NCBI GenBank assembly: GCA_019117085.1
Contig: DXAJ01000034.1
Location: 1 to 57,818, forward strand
Source: Candidatus Gallimonas gallistercoris
GTDB lineage: Bacteria; Bacillota; Clostridia; Christensenellales; Borkfalkiaceae
Direction of reading: 5' to 3'
Length of the DNA stretch: 57,818 nucleotides
Each line of letters starts with the position of its first letter. Position 1 is the first letter of the stretch. The position numbers and the translations under genes were made by a program. Of this stretch, positions 1 to 8,343 are shown piece by piece. Under the pieces are notes generated by a model. That model did not search any database and had not been told where the DNA came from. It worked only from the letters and a program-made list of their open reading frames with translations.

Positions 1-127
1 TCGAAGCTGCGAAGCAGAGATGCATCAGCAAGAAACAAGTAAAACCCGAAGCTCCGACGAGGGGACCCCTTCAGGGGTTTCGGCGGGGTCCTGTTGTCCC
101 CACCACGTCGCCGCAAGGCGCATTTTG

Positions 128-161
128 AAACAGCTTGAGTTTGCTCAAGCTGTTTTCTTTT
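128..161 (+). terminator. Intrinsic-terminator-like hairpin
   Basis: AAACAGCTTGAG-TTTG-CTCAAGCTGTTT forms a perfect 12-bp stem followed by TCTTTT. Confidence 0.55.
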
Positions 162-178
162 GCGCCTGCGTCTCCTTT

Positions 179-358
179 TCCCACAAAACTCGCTTCGCGA
201 TTTTTGCGGGAGCCCTGAAATTATCCCACAAAACTCGCTTCGCGATTTTTGCGGGAGCCCTAAAATTATCCCACAAAACTCGCTTCGCGATTTTTGCGGG
301 AACCCTAAAATTATCCCGCAAAACTCGCTTCGCGATTTTTGCGGGAGCCCTAAGAATG
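179..358. repeat. Tandem array of 4 x 45 bp; each unit is an imperfect hairpin CCC(A/G)CAAAA-N12-TTTTGCGGG
   Basis: Units start at 179, 224, 269 and 314 and are near-identical. A single-copy relative lies at 50604-50643. Confidence 0.9.
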
Positions 359-412
359 AGCGCCATGGTTGACGCTCTTTTTTTGTGCGGCAAGGACGCG
401 AAGCGCCGGCAT

Positions 413-480
413 TTACTCCCTCCGTCATGCCATCGACGCCTACGTCGAATGGCATGACACCTCTCCGAAGAGGGCGCCTA
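413..480 (+). repeat. Module-A hairpin repeat copy, abutting the glf stop codon
   Basis: TTACTCCCTCC + GTCATGCCATCGACG-ccta-CGTCGA(A)TGGCATGAC + ACCTCTCCGAAGAGGGCGCCTA. Same architecture as 6158, 8271 and 15896. Confidence 0.8.
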
Positions 481-1578
481 TCATATGGTCGAGGCGAGGT
501 CTAGGGCGGCTTTCACCGTCTTATCCATATCGAGATAGCGGTAGCTCCCGAGGCGGCCGCAGAAGAGGACGTTCCCCTCCCCTTCCGCTTTTTGCTTGTA
601 CTTCCGATAAAGCGCCTCGTTTTCCGCGTCGTTGACGGGATAGTAGCGCTCCTTGCCCTGTGACCACGGGTCGGGATATTCCCGCGTCACATAGGTGACG
701 GGGCTCACGGCATGCGTGAAGTGCTTGTGCTCGATGACGCGCGTATAAGGCACCTCGCGGGCGGTGTAGTTGACGACGGCGTTGCCCTGGAAGTTCTCCT
801 CTTCAAGCCGCTCCGTCTCGAAGCGCAGCGAGCGGTATTGGAGAGGCCCGAAGCAGCATTCGAAATACTCGTCGATGGCGCCCGTGTAGACGATCTTTTC
901 TGCAATGCCCGGGTGCTCGCGGCGGAAGGCTAAAAAATCGGTGGAAAGGCGCACTTCGACGCCCTCCAACAGCTTTTCCGCAAGGCGGGTGTAGCCCTCT
1001 TCGGGGATTCCCTGATAGCGGTCGTTGAAATAGTTGTTGTCGTAAGTGAAGCGGAGCGGCACGCGGCGGATGATGAAGGCGGGGAGCTCGGAGCAGGGCT
1101 TCCCCCACTGCTTTTCGGTATAGCCGCGGATGAGCTTTTCGAAGACGTCCCTTCCTGCAAGTTTGAGCCCCTGCTCTTCGAGGTTCTTAGGTTCATCGAT
1201 GTGGAGCTCTTCGATCTGACGGGCGATCTCGGCCTGCGCCTCCTTGGGCGTGACGACGCCCCACAGCTTGGAGAAGGTGTTCATGTTGAAGGGCAGATTG
1301 TAAAGCTCGTCCCGATAGCGGGCGATGGGCGAATTGATGAAGTTGTTGAAGCGGACAAAGCCGTTGACATAGTTCCAGACGCGCTCGTCGCTCGTATGGA
1401 AGATGTGCGCGCCGTAGCGGTGGATGTCGATGCCCTCGAGCCGCTCGGTGTAAGCGTTGCCGCCGATGTGCGCCCTTCGTTCGATGACGAGGCACTTCTT
1501 CCCCGCCTTAGTTGCTTCGTGGGCGAACACGCAGCCGAACAGCCCCGCCCCCACGATGAGATAGTCGTATTGCGCCAT
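481..1578 (-). CDS. glf: UDP-galactopyranose mutase
   Basis: 365 aa. N-terminal FAD fold YDYLIVGAGLFGCVFA...GGNAYTE, with the typical Glf length and motifs throughout. Confidence 0.9.
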   Translation of the reverse strand: MAQYDYLIVGAGLFGCVFAHEATKAGKKCLVIERRAHIGGNAYTERLEGIDIHRYGAHIFHTSDERVWNYVNGFVRFNNFINSPIARYRDELYNLPFNMNTFSKLWGVVTPKEAQAEIARQIEELHIDEPKNLEEQGLKLAGRDVFEKLIRGYTEKQWGKPCSELPAFIIRRVPLRFTYDNNYFNDRYQGIPEEGYTRLAEKLLEGVEVRLSTDFLAFRREHPGIAEKIVYTGAIDEYFECCFGPLQYRSLRFETERLEEENFQGNAVVNYTAREVPYTRVIEHKHFTHAVSPVTYVTREYPDPWSQGKERYYPVNDAENEALYRKYKQKAEGEGNVLFCGRLGSYRYLDMDKTVKAALDLASTI

Positions 1579-1898
1579 AGTTTGCTCCTTTGTGCGTTCT
1601 ACATGTTTTGCCCGAACGCGGGCAGCCGAGGGCGCGCGCCCTCTTTTATTTTATCAATTCTGCGGGCAAAATGCAAGCCCTCATTTGCAAAATTCCGCCG
1701 CATGTGCTTGGAGGCATGCGGCGGCGAGGGAAAAGAAATAGTAGAATGATCGTTGAAAGTCCGCGTTCCGTCAGCTGCACTTGATGCGTTCGCACGCCTC
1801 TTCTGATTTTACACGTTTATGACATTTTTATGAGGAAACCGATACATCCCCATATTATACTATATCATACTTAAAATAGGCATTTCAGGAGCATTCCA

Positions 1899-4166
1899 AT
1901 GATACGCGCCGAAAATATTTCGAAAAACTATGTGAAGAAAGGGCGGGCGATCGAGGCGTTGAAGCCGTGTTCGCTTTCTTTGCCCGAGACGGGGCTCGTC
2001 CTTATCACGGGAGAGACGGGGAGCGGGAAATCGACGCTCCTCTCTCTTCTCTCGGGGCTGGAAAAGCCGACGGCGGGGAAGGTCGTCTGCGATCAAAAGG
2101 ACTATGCGTCCTTCGTCTTCCAGAATGCGAGCCTGATGGAGAACATGACGCTGGGAGAAAATATTGCGCTCGTCAAGAGGCTGTATCCCGATGCAGGCGT
2201 GGACGGAGAGGCGCTGCTTTATCGGTTCGGGCTGGAAGAGAGGAGAGACAATTACCCGAACGAGCTTTCGGGCGGGGAAAAGCAGCGGGCCGCCATCCTG
2301 ATCGCCATCCTGGAAAACAAGCCCGTCCTGTTTGCCGACGAGCCGACGGGGAGCCTGGACCGTGCGCACACCGACGACGTTGCCCGCCTTCTGAAGGAGC
2401 TTTCCCGCGAGCGCCTCGTGGTCGTCGTCACGCACGATGTGGAAAACTTTGAGGCGCTTGCCGACCGCAGGATCGAGCTTTCCCGCGGCGCCGTCTGCCG
2501 CGACGAGGAGGCAAAATCGTTTTCGCCCGCCGCAAACAGCGCGCCCGCGCCCCGCCGCCCCACGTTCGGACTCAGGGAGACTTTTTCTGTCGCTTTGGGT
2601 TCGGTGCGGAGCGCCAAAGTGAGGTTGGGCATTTTGCTTGTTATGCTGCTTTTGTCCTTTCTCTGTATCATTTCCTCCGCCAACAACTTTTTTTCCACGC
2701 CTGTCCGTCAGCTCTATACGGCACTTGAAGCCGAACATGCCAATTCTGCCGATTTTTATAAACAGATCGAGCTCGACGGGTCTCCCTATCGGATGAAATT
2801 TTCCGATGAGGAAGAGCAATATTATCGGGAAACATACGGGGCGGATCTTTTTTACGATGACGCCGCGAGCATTTATTTTTCGAAGGGAGAGTATTCTGTG
2901 CGGCCGCAGGAGGAGCAGGTACGGTTGTATCTGAAAGATCATTGTGATTTTCCTCTCCTTGCGGGGAACGGCGAATTGAAAGAGGGCGAGTATGCCGTTT
3001 CGGACGCGATCGCCCTTCTCATTTTAGACGAGCTTTATGAGCAATACGAAATTGATTGGGAATATGCCGATCTCATCGGCGGCACATATTCGCTGGGGAA
3101 GATCGCCGCTGTCTATTCAACGGGGTACGATCCTTCTCTGCCCGTTCCCGATGAGACCGATGTAACGCTTATCAATGCCTATCGCCTGCATTATTTTACA
3201 GCCTGTACCACGGAGGAGAGCTATTTTAACGATGAGGCCAAAGCCGGAAGCACGCAGGTCTATTGGCGTTACGGGAACGGTTTAGCTGATTATTCGTTCA
3301 ACTATTTTGCCTATGCCGACTTCGCGCGGCCGTCCGGCCTTTCGCTGCTGTATGGTTCCGACGGTCCGCTCGAACAGGGGGAGATCTATCTTTCCGAAGA
3401 GATCGCTGACGGATATGCGGAGGATATGGAGCAGCTGATCGGTACAACGATCACGATCCCTGTCGTGGAGCTTTCGGGGCTCCCCGTCCGCACGGAACTT
3501 GTGACCGATGTCTGTGATACACCCTTTACCGTTGCGGGAATTTATGAGTCGCCGTTTTCTTACGATACGTTTGTGATCAGCGATGCCGATTTCCCGGATT
3601 TTTTTCGTCAGTACGCGATGCAATGGGTCTATCATGACTCCGGGATATCGTTATCCGAATACGATCTCGCGTCTGTGGCTTCACTCATCGAAGACGACGG
3701 TCTGATCGGGTGTTCTTATCTCGACGGGCTGGTCGTGATCAGCCGGAACTTGCTTGAAAACTACAATCCCGTTCTCACGATCGCCGCCGTCATGTTTTTG
3801 ATGACCGCGCTGTTCAGTTTTGCAGCGTTTCTCAACGACGCCGTGACCAAGGACCGCGGGGAACTCGGCGTCCTGCGCGCTTTGGGCGTCACGAGCGGAA
3901 AACTTGCGCTCGTCTATGTGCTGCAATGCGCCGCGTGTCTCGTGCTCGTCTTTGCCGCCGTCTGCCTGCTGCAATTCGGAATGACGGCGCTGTGGAATGC
4001 GCTCTTTGTCTCCCTCGCCGAAGGGGCGGTGCCCATCCTCTCTTACGGGTATGAGTGCGTACTTGTAACGGCGGGCGTTATGGCAGGTTTTCTGCTTGCC
4101 GCATATCTGCTTATCCTTTTGAAATTGCACAAAAAGAGCTCTGTCGATCTTGTGTATGGAAGATGA
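1899..4166 (+). CDS. MacB-like fused ABC transporter (N-terminal ATPase + large extracytoplasmic domain + FtsX-type permease)
   Basis: Walker A GETGSGKST, signature LSGGEKQR, Walker B LFADEPTGSLD. These are followed by one TM, a ~360-aa loop and 3 C-terminal TMs. AGGAG RBS 6 nt upstream. Confidence 0.85.
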   Translation: MIRAENISKNYVKKGRAIEALKPCSLSLPETGLVLITGETGSGKSTLLSLLSGLEKPTAGKVVCDQKDYASFVFQNASLMENMTLGENIALVKRLYPDAGVDGEALLYRFGLEERRDNYPNELSGGEKQRAAILIAILENKPVLFADEPTGSLDRAHTDDVARLLKELSRERLVVVVTHDVENFEALADRRIELSRGAVCRDEEAKSFSPAANSAPAPRRPTFGLRETFSVALGSVRSAKVRLGILLVMLLLSFLCIISSANNFFSTPVRQLYTALEAEHANSADFYKQIELDGSPYRMKFSDEEEQYYRETYGADLFYDDAASIYFSKGEYSVRPQEEQVRLYLKDHCDFPLLAGNGELKEGEYAVSDAIALLILDELYEQYEIDWEYADLIGGTYSLGKIAAVYSTGYDPSLPVPDETDVTLINAYRLHYFTACTTEESYFNDEAKAGSTQVYWRYGNGLADYSFNYFAYADFARPSGLSLLYGSDGPLEQGEIYLSEEIADGYAEDMEQLIGTTITIPVVELSGLPVRTELVTDVCDTPFTVAGIYESPFSYDTFVISDADFPDFFRQYAMQWVYHDSGISLSEYDLASVASLIEDDGLIGCSYLDGLVVISRNLLENYNPVLTIAAVMFLMTALFSFAAFLNDAVTKDRGELGVLRALGVTSGKLALVYVLQCAACLVLVFAAVCLLQFGMTALWNALFVSLAEGAVPILSYGYECVLVTAGVMAGFLLAAYLLILLKLHKKSSVDLVYGR

Positions 4167-4181
4167 ATTGAATATAGTGCG

Positions 4182-4212
4182 GCGCGGGCGCCCCGAAACG
4201 GGGCGCCCGCGC
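4182..4212. terminator. GC-rich 14-bp hairpin between convergent genes (no U-tract)
   Basis: GCGCGGGCGCCCCG-AAA-CGGGGCGCCCGCGC. It lies between the ABC gene (+) and the SufB-like gene (-), and its 3' flank CGCGCTCTCGT is shared with the repeat at 30046. Confidence 0.4.
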
Positions 4213-4215
4213 TCT

Positions 4216-4330
4216 CGTTGCAGCGGTGCAAATTTCGTAAGCCGCTGCGCTCCTCGCGGCTTTGCTCCGATGAAAGAGGGGCAGGCGAGGTTTGCCTTGC
4301 TCCGACGCGGAGCCTATATGCGGGAGCGAA
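4216..4330. repeat. Dispersed intergenic repeat module (related to 30046-30165)
   Basis: GCCGCTGCG(C/T)TCCTCGCGGCTT and GAGCC(C)TATAT(G)CGG words shared with 30076-30165; about 70% similarity by eye. Confidence 0.5.
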
Positions 4331-4332
4331 GA

Positions 4333-5253
4333 TCAGCTCAAAAAGCCTTTGATGATCTGCTCTTCGGCTTCCTGTTCGGTGAGGCCGAGGGTCATGAGCT
4401 TGACGATCTGCTCGCACGCGATCTTGCCGATGGCGGCCTCGTGGATGAGCTCGGCGTCGATGCAGTTCGCCGTGAGCTCGGGCACCGCCGTCACGCAGGC
4501 ACGGTCCATGATGATGGCGTCGCACTCCGAATGCCCGTGGCAAGCCGTGTTGCCGTTGATGCGCGAGCCGAACGTCTGGCGGGAATCGTCCGCCGCAACC
4601 GAACGGGACACGAGATCGACGCCCGCGCCCTCGCCGTTGAGGTCGACGATGAAGTTGGTGCGCGCGAACTGCTTGCCGTGCGTGAAGATCTTCTCGCGCA
4701 CGACGAGCTCTGCGCCCGCCTTCAACGTCGCCGTCGTCTCACGGTCGGTGGAGTCGATGCCCTTGATCTGCGTCGATTCCATCTCGAAGCGGGAGTCCTC
4801 TTCCTGATAGATGACGGTCGCGGGGTTCATGATGTTCTCGCCGTTGCCGTCGCCGCTGCCGTAGTGCTTTTCGACATAGCGCACCTTCGCGCCCCTGCCG
4901 ATGTGGAAGGTGTGCACGCCCGTGTGTTCGCTCGTCTCCACCCCGCAGTTGTGGATGCCGCAGCCCGCGATGATCAAGACATCCGCGTTCTCGCCGATAT
5001 AAAAATCGTTATACACGCGCTCGCGGTAGTCCGTCTTGGTGATGACGACAGGGATATGCACGCTCTCGTTTTTGGTGTTGGGGGCGATGAAGATGTCGAT
5101 GCCCGCATGGCCGTCCTTCCGATCCTCGATGCGGATGCGGTCGGTGCTGCGGCGGCCGTCCCCTTCGCCGTTCTTGCGGATATTATACGCGCCGTCCGGC
5201 ACGCGGTGCAGGTCCGCTACCTGCATCAACAGCATTTTTTCCAATTCGTCCAT
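4333..5253 (-). CDS. SufB/SufD-family Fe-S cluster scaffold protein (short, single copy)
   Basis: 306 aa with beta-helix-type SufBD C-terminal region (...HGHSECDAIIMD...ELIHEAAIGKI...). Immediately downstream of the SufC-like ATPase. Confidence 0.8.
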   Translation of the reverse strand: MDELEKMLLMQVADLHRVPDGAYNIRKNGEGDGRRSTDRIRIEDRKDGHAGIDIFIAPNTKNESVHIPVVITKTDYRERVYNDFYIGENADVLIIAGCGIHNCGVETSEHTGVHTFHIGRGAKVRYVEKHYGSGDGNGENIMNPATVIYQEEDSRFEMESTQIKGIDSTDRETTATLKAGAELVVREKIFTHGKQFARTNFIVDLNGEGAGVDLVSRSVAADDSRQTFGSRINGNTACHGHSECDAIIMDRACVTAVPELTANCIDAELIHEAAIGKIACEQIVKLMTLGLTEQEAEEQIIKGFLS

Positions 5254-5323
5254 GTTGATCTTCCTTATGATTGGGAGTCCGTTACGGGAAGCGCTCGCCT
5301 CCGAGACGAGGAGCTTTCCGCGC

Positions 5324-6046
5324 TTATTGCAACTTATCCGTCAAGGCGCGGCAGGCGCTCGTGCCGAGAAGAGAAGGCAAAATTTCTTCACGGGTGCCGA
5401 CGCGCTCGATCTTGCCCGCGGAGAGCACCACGATCTTATCGGCAATGTTCAAGATACGCTCCTGATGGGAGATGATGACGATGCTCCCCTGCGACTTTGC
5501 ATACATTTTTTCGAACACCGAGATGAGGTTTTGGAAGCTCCAAAGATCGATGCCCGCTTCAGGTTCATCGAAGACGGAAAGAGAAGTACCGCGGGCGAGG
5601 ACGGTCGCGATCTCGATGCGCTTTAATTCGCCCCCCGAAAGAGAAGCGTTGACTTCGCGGTCGATATAGTCGCGCGCGCAAAGACCCACTTCGGAGAGAT
5701 AGCCGCACGCCTCCCCCACCGTGATGTGCTTGCCCGCCGCGAGCGAGATGAGGTCTTTTACCGTGATGCCCTTGAAGCGCACGGGCTGCTGGAAGGCAAA
5801 CGAGATGCCCCGCCTTGCGCGCTCGGTGACGGAAAGAGGCGTGATGTCCTTCCCGTTGAAAAGAAGCTTGCCGCCCGTGGGCGTGAGGATGCCCGCAATG
5901 ATCTTGGCGAGCGTGCTCTTGCCGCTGCCGTTGGGGCCCGTGATCGCCACGAAGCGTTCGTCGATCGTGAGGGAGACGTCGTTTAAAATGCGCTTTCTTT
6001 GGCCGTTCTCCTCCACTTCGAAGGTGATATTTTGAAGTTCTAACAT
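5324..6046 (-). CDS. sufC: SufC-like Fe-S assembly ATPase
   Basis: Walker A GPNGSGKST, LSGGELKR, Walker B VFDEPEAGID. Start moved to MLELQNITF (ATG 6046, GAGAGGAA RBS); the track ORF extends to 6115. Confidence 0.85.
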   Translation of the reverse strand: MLELQNITFEVEENGQRKRILNDVSLTIDERFVAITGPNGSGKSTLAKIIAGILTPTGGKLLFNGKDITPLSVTERARRGISFAFQQPVRFKGITVKDLISLAAGKHITVGEACGYLSEVGLCARDYIDREVNASLSGGELKRIEIATVLARGTSLSVFDEPEAGIDLWSFQNLISVFEKMYAKSQGSIVIISHQERILNIADKIVVLSAGKIERVGTREEILPSLLGTSACRALTDKLQ

Positions 6047-6157
6047 AGAATTCCTCTCTTTTTTCCGAAGGAGCAGTATAGCATATCGGGAGGAAAATGT
6101 CAAGCCTTTCTGCATGGGCGCGGCGCGGGGCGAGGAGGTGACGGGCAGCCCCGGCGT

Positions 6158-6231
6158 TTACTCCCTCAGTCCTGTTGCCGACATTCGTCGGACAACAGGA
6201 CAGCTCCCTCGAGAGGGCGCCTAAAATATGG
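6158..6231 (+). repeat. Module-A hairpin repeat copy
   Basis: TTACTCCCTCA + GTCCTGTTGCCGAC-attc-GTCGG(A)CAACAGGAC + AGCTCCCTCGAGAGGGCGCCTAAAAT. A degenerate second module follows to about 6290. Confidence 0.85.
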
Positions 6232-6348
6232 AAACTCCTTCAGTCTCGCTGCGCTCGACAGCTCCGCTGCGACGAGGAGCCGAGAGGATGGCGGGAAGAT
6301 GTTTTGGTAAATGTCAATAGTAAATGCGAAAAAAGTCCAAAAAAATTT

Positions 6349-6859
6349 TTATGAAAGCTTTGCAAGCTGCTCGTTGAACCGTTCATCAGGCGTATCATAA
6401 TCCAAAACGCCCCGAGGATAGTTGTTAAGCCATGTTTCAACAACACAAAGTCCTTACACAAATACTGGTAGAAAAGGGCATCTGTTTTCGCTTAATCTCT
6501 CCCAATGCCGCCGATACCGTCCACCCTTCATCGACAATTTTATGCTCCAGATATTCAGCAAGGGCATGATCCTTCCCGATTTTCAAAGGAGCGCCTTTGG
6601 CCTGAAGAAATGCCCGATATTTCTGTTCGGCAATGTCGGGGCTATAAGTCTCTTTATAACGATAGTACTTCTCATATCCGTAATGATCCCACCGAGACTC
6701 TTTTTTCAAATAAACGCCACGCTTTATTTCACGATACACAGTACTTATATGCACCCCAATACTCTCTGCAATCTGTTTTACGGACATCTTCATTTTCAGC
6801 CCAGCTTCAATCTTCAAACGATCTGTAAAAGATAAATGCTTAAAGCGTTCTCTTGCCAT
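6349..6859 (-). pseudogene. IS30-family transposase remnant (HTH N-terminus joined to the extreme C-terminus; DDE core deleted)
   Basis: MARERFKHLSFTDRLKIEAGLKMKMSVKQIAESIGVHISTVYREIKRG... (140 aa, GGGAGG RBS) stops at 6437. A shifted frame then reads VETWLNNYPRGVLDYDTPDERFNEQLAKLS*, a typical IS30 C-terminal tail. The region is visibly AT-rich. Confidence 0.75.
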
Positions 6860-7105
6860 TGCTATACCTCCCATACAATAAAACCATTCCCATGCAAATA
6901 AAAAATGAGCGATGCAAAGCAACTGCCTTACATCGCACGTTCGCACGAATCTCAAATAGCAATTACAAAAATTAAATTTAATCAGATAATCCGTCTTTAA
7001 TTTTACAAGGAGAATAACAATGAAACTTACCAAGAAAAACATTGAACAGCTGCGCAAAGAGAGCAGCAACAAAGTTTTCAAGAAGGTATAAAAATATGGA
7101 GAACG

Positions 7106-8233
7106 ATGATGAAAAAACCCGGTATTGTATTGCTTACGATGGCGGCAGCCGCCCTCGGTCTGGCTGCGTTCGCTGCCTGCAAAGACGATGAGACGCCCCC
7201 CATGGAACATACCCATGCTTACAGTTCGTGGGTAGTCGTCGATGAGCCCACCTGCACGGAAGAAGGCTTGCGCGAACGCACCTACTCCTGCGGGGAGAAA
7301 GAGACGGAACAGATCGTGGCACTCAATCATACGCCGGGCGAAGCGGTCAGAGAGAACGAAAAGGCGCCCACTTGCACCGAGAAAGGCTCGTATGAAGAGG
7401 TCGTTTACTGCACCGTATGCGAAGAAGAAGTGAGCCGCAAGACGATCACGGTGGACGCCCTCGATCATACGCCGGGCGAAGCGGTCAGAGAGAACGAAGT
7501 CGCCGCGACCTGCACGACGGCGGGCTCCTATGAAGAAGTCGTTTACTGCACCGTTTGCGAAGAAGAAGAGCACACCTGCTCCCGCTGCCAAGAAACGGAG
7601 ACACAGACGATCGACGCGCTCGATCATGCGTGGAGCGCATACTCCTTCGACGAGACCAACCATTGGAGAGAATGCACCCGTGCAGGATGCTCTGCCAAAG
7701 AAGAAGCGAAGCATTCTTTCACCCGCAACACCTGTGAGACCTGCGGCTATGCCTTCTACTCCGAAGGGCTGTTATACGAAGTCAACAACGATACCGATAC
7801 TGTTACCATCACCGGAGAGGGAACTTGCAGCGACACGACGATCTATATCCCCGCCGTCATCGATGAAAAGCCGGTGACCGAGATCGGTAATTATGCGTTT
7901 TTAAGATGTACCTCGCTTAAAGAGGCCGTCATCCCCCAAAGCGTCACCTCGATCGGCAGCTCTGCATTTAATTATTGTACCTCGCTTAAAGAGATCGTCA
8001 TTCCCGAGGGCGTCATCTCGATCAGTAACTCTGCACTTAATTATTGTACCTCGCTTAAAGAGGTCGTCATCCCCCAAAGCGTCACCTCGATCGGTGATAG
8101 TGCGTTCGACGGGTGCGACGAGCTTACGACCGTCTATTACCGCGGCAGCAAGGAGCAGTGGGACAGTATCATCGGTTCGAACAAAGACGCGCTCACAGGG
8201 GTTCAAATCATATGTGACTATAAGGGTGAATAA
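7106..8233 (+). CDS. Surface lipoprotein with Cys-rich (CxxC) repeats and C-terminal BspA-type leucine-rich repeats
   Basis: Signal peptide plus lipobox (LGLAAFAAC). Duplicated HTPGEAVRENE..TC....GSYEEVVYCTVCEEE modules, then 3-4 LRR units IP..V.SIG..AF..C.SLKE..IP. Confidence 0.8.
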   Translation: MMKKPGIVLLTMAAAALGLAAFAACKDDETPPMEHTHAYSSWVVVDEPTCTEEGLRERTYSCGEKETEQIVALNHTPGEAVRENEKAPTCTEKGSYEEVVYCTVCEEEVSRKTITVDALDHTPGEAVRENEVAATCTTAGSYEEVVYCTVCEEEEHTCSRCQETETQTIDALDHAWSAYSFDETNHWRECTRAGCSAKEEAKHSFTRNTCETCGYAFYSEGLLYEVNNDTDTVTITGEGTCSDTTIYIPAVIDEKPVTEIGNYAFLRCTSLKEAVIPQSVTSIGSSAFNYCTSLKEIVIPEGVISISNSALNYCTSLKEVVIPQSVTSIGDSAFDGCDELTTVYYRGSKEQWDSIIGSNKDALTGVQIICDYKGE

Positions 8234-8270
8234 ACCGTGAACGGCGGGCGGGATGGGAAGCACCGGCGGG

Positions 8271-8343
8271 GACTCCCTCAGTCTCATCAGCGGCGTTCGC
8301 CGCGTGATGAGACAGCTCCCTCGAGAGGGCGCCTATAATGAGG
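8271..8343 (+). repeat. Module-A hairpin repeat copy
   Basis: GACTCCCTCA + GTCTCATCAGCGGCG-tt-CGCCGC(G)TGATGAGAC + AGCTCCCTCGAGAGGGCGCCTATAAT. A second bulged hairpin module lies at 8344-8389. Confidence 0.85.

Larger units (their letters stand above)
1..480. repeat. Repeat-rich non-coding stretch 3' of glf (dispersed hairpin modules plus a tandem array)
   Basis: No credible ORF here: track ORFs 20..457, 145..393 and 160..372 only translate the repeats. Sequence words are shared with other intergenic loci in this window (e.g. 32580-32640, 50604-50643). Confidence 0.6.

Noticed and set aside
179-358. Possible CRISPR array (regular 45-bp palindromic repeats)
   Set aside because: The units abut head to tail with no unique spacers. 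No cas genes are in the window, and the same unit occurs singly elsewhere as part of the dispersed repeat family.
20-457. ORFs 20..457, 145..393 and 160..372 with internally repetitive peptides (e.g. SHKTRFAIFAGALKL x4)
   Set aside because: The periodicity is only the translation of the 45-bp DNA tandem repeat in three frames and on both strands. There is no RBS, and the repeat also occurs in non-coding contexts.
1628-1652. Perfect palindrome GAGGGCGCGCGCCCTC followed by TTTTATTTT in the glf / ABC divergent region (orphan plus-strand terminator or small RNA 3' end)
   Set aside because: No plus-strand gene or promoter precedes it. It would only terminate antisense read-through from within glf, and it may simply be a leader or operator element of glf. 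There is not enough evidence for a feature call.
1840-1880. AT-rich stretch CATATTATACTATATCATACTTAAAATAGG as a possible dif/XerCD site
   Set aside because: It matches Firmicute dif consensus sequences poorly. It is more simply explained as overlapping -10-like boxes of the ABC transporter promoter.
7020-7091. 23-codon ORF MKLTKKNIEQLRKESSNKVFKKV with an AAGGAG RBS upstream of the first LRR gene
   Set aside because: It is too short, and it lies in AT-rich IS-remnant DNA where such ORFs arise by chance. It may be a fragment of a disrupted gene. It is mentioned under the IS30 finding but not called as a CDS.
6860-7714. Upper part of the 425-aa minus-strand ORF 6437..7714, and the similar long antisense ORFs 8420..10027, 4150..5475, 10665..11876, 12463..13449, 24998..26266, 34697..35896, 37234..39438, 40210..41157, 41185..42108, 42216..44168, 45827..47263, 48990..50792 and 55224..55991
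   Set aside because: Each lies antisense to a gene with unmistakable family motifs (LRR lipoproteins, SufB-like, histidine kinase, radical SAM, M14/RlmH, IlvA, GlgP, HydB, HydA, PurB, GroEL, binding protein). Their translations are Arg/Ala/Gly/Pro-rich low-complexity sequence, typical of stop-poor antisense frames in GC-rich DNA. None has an RBS.
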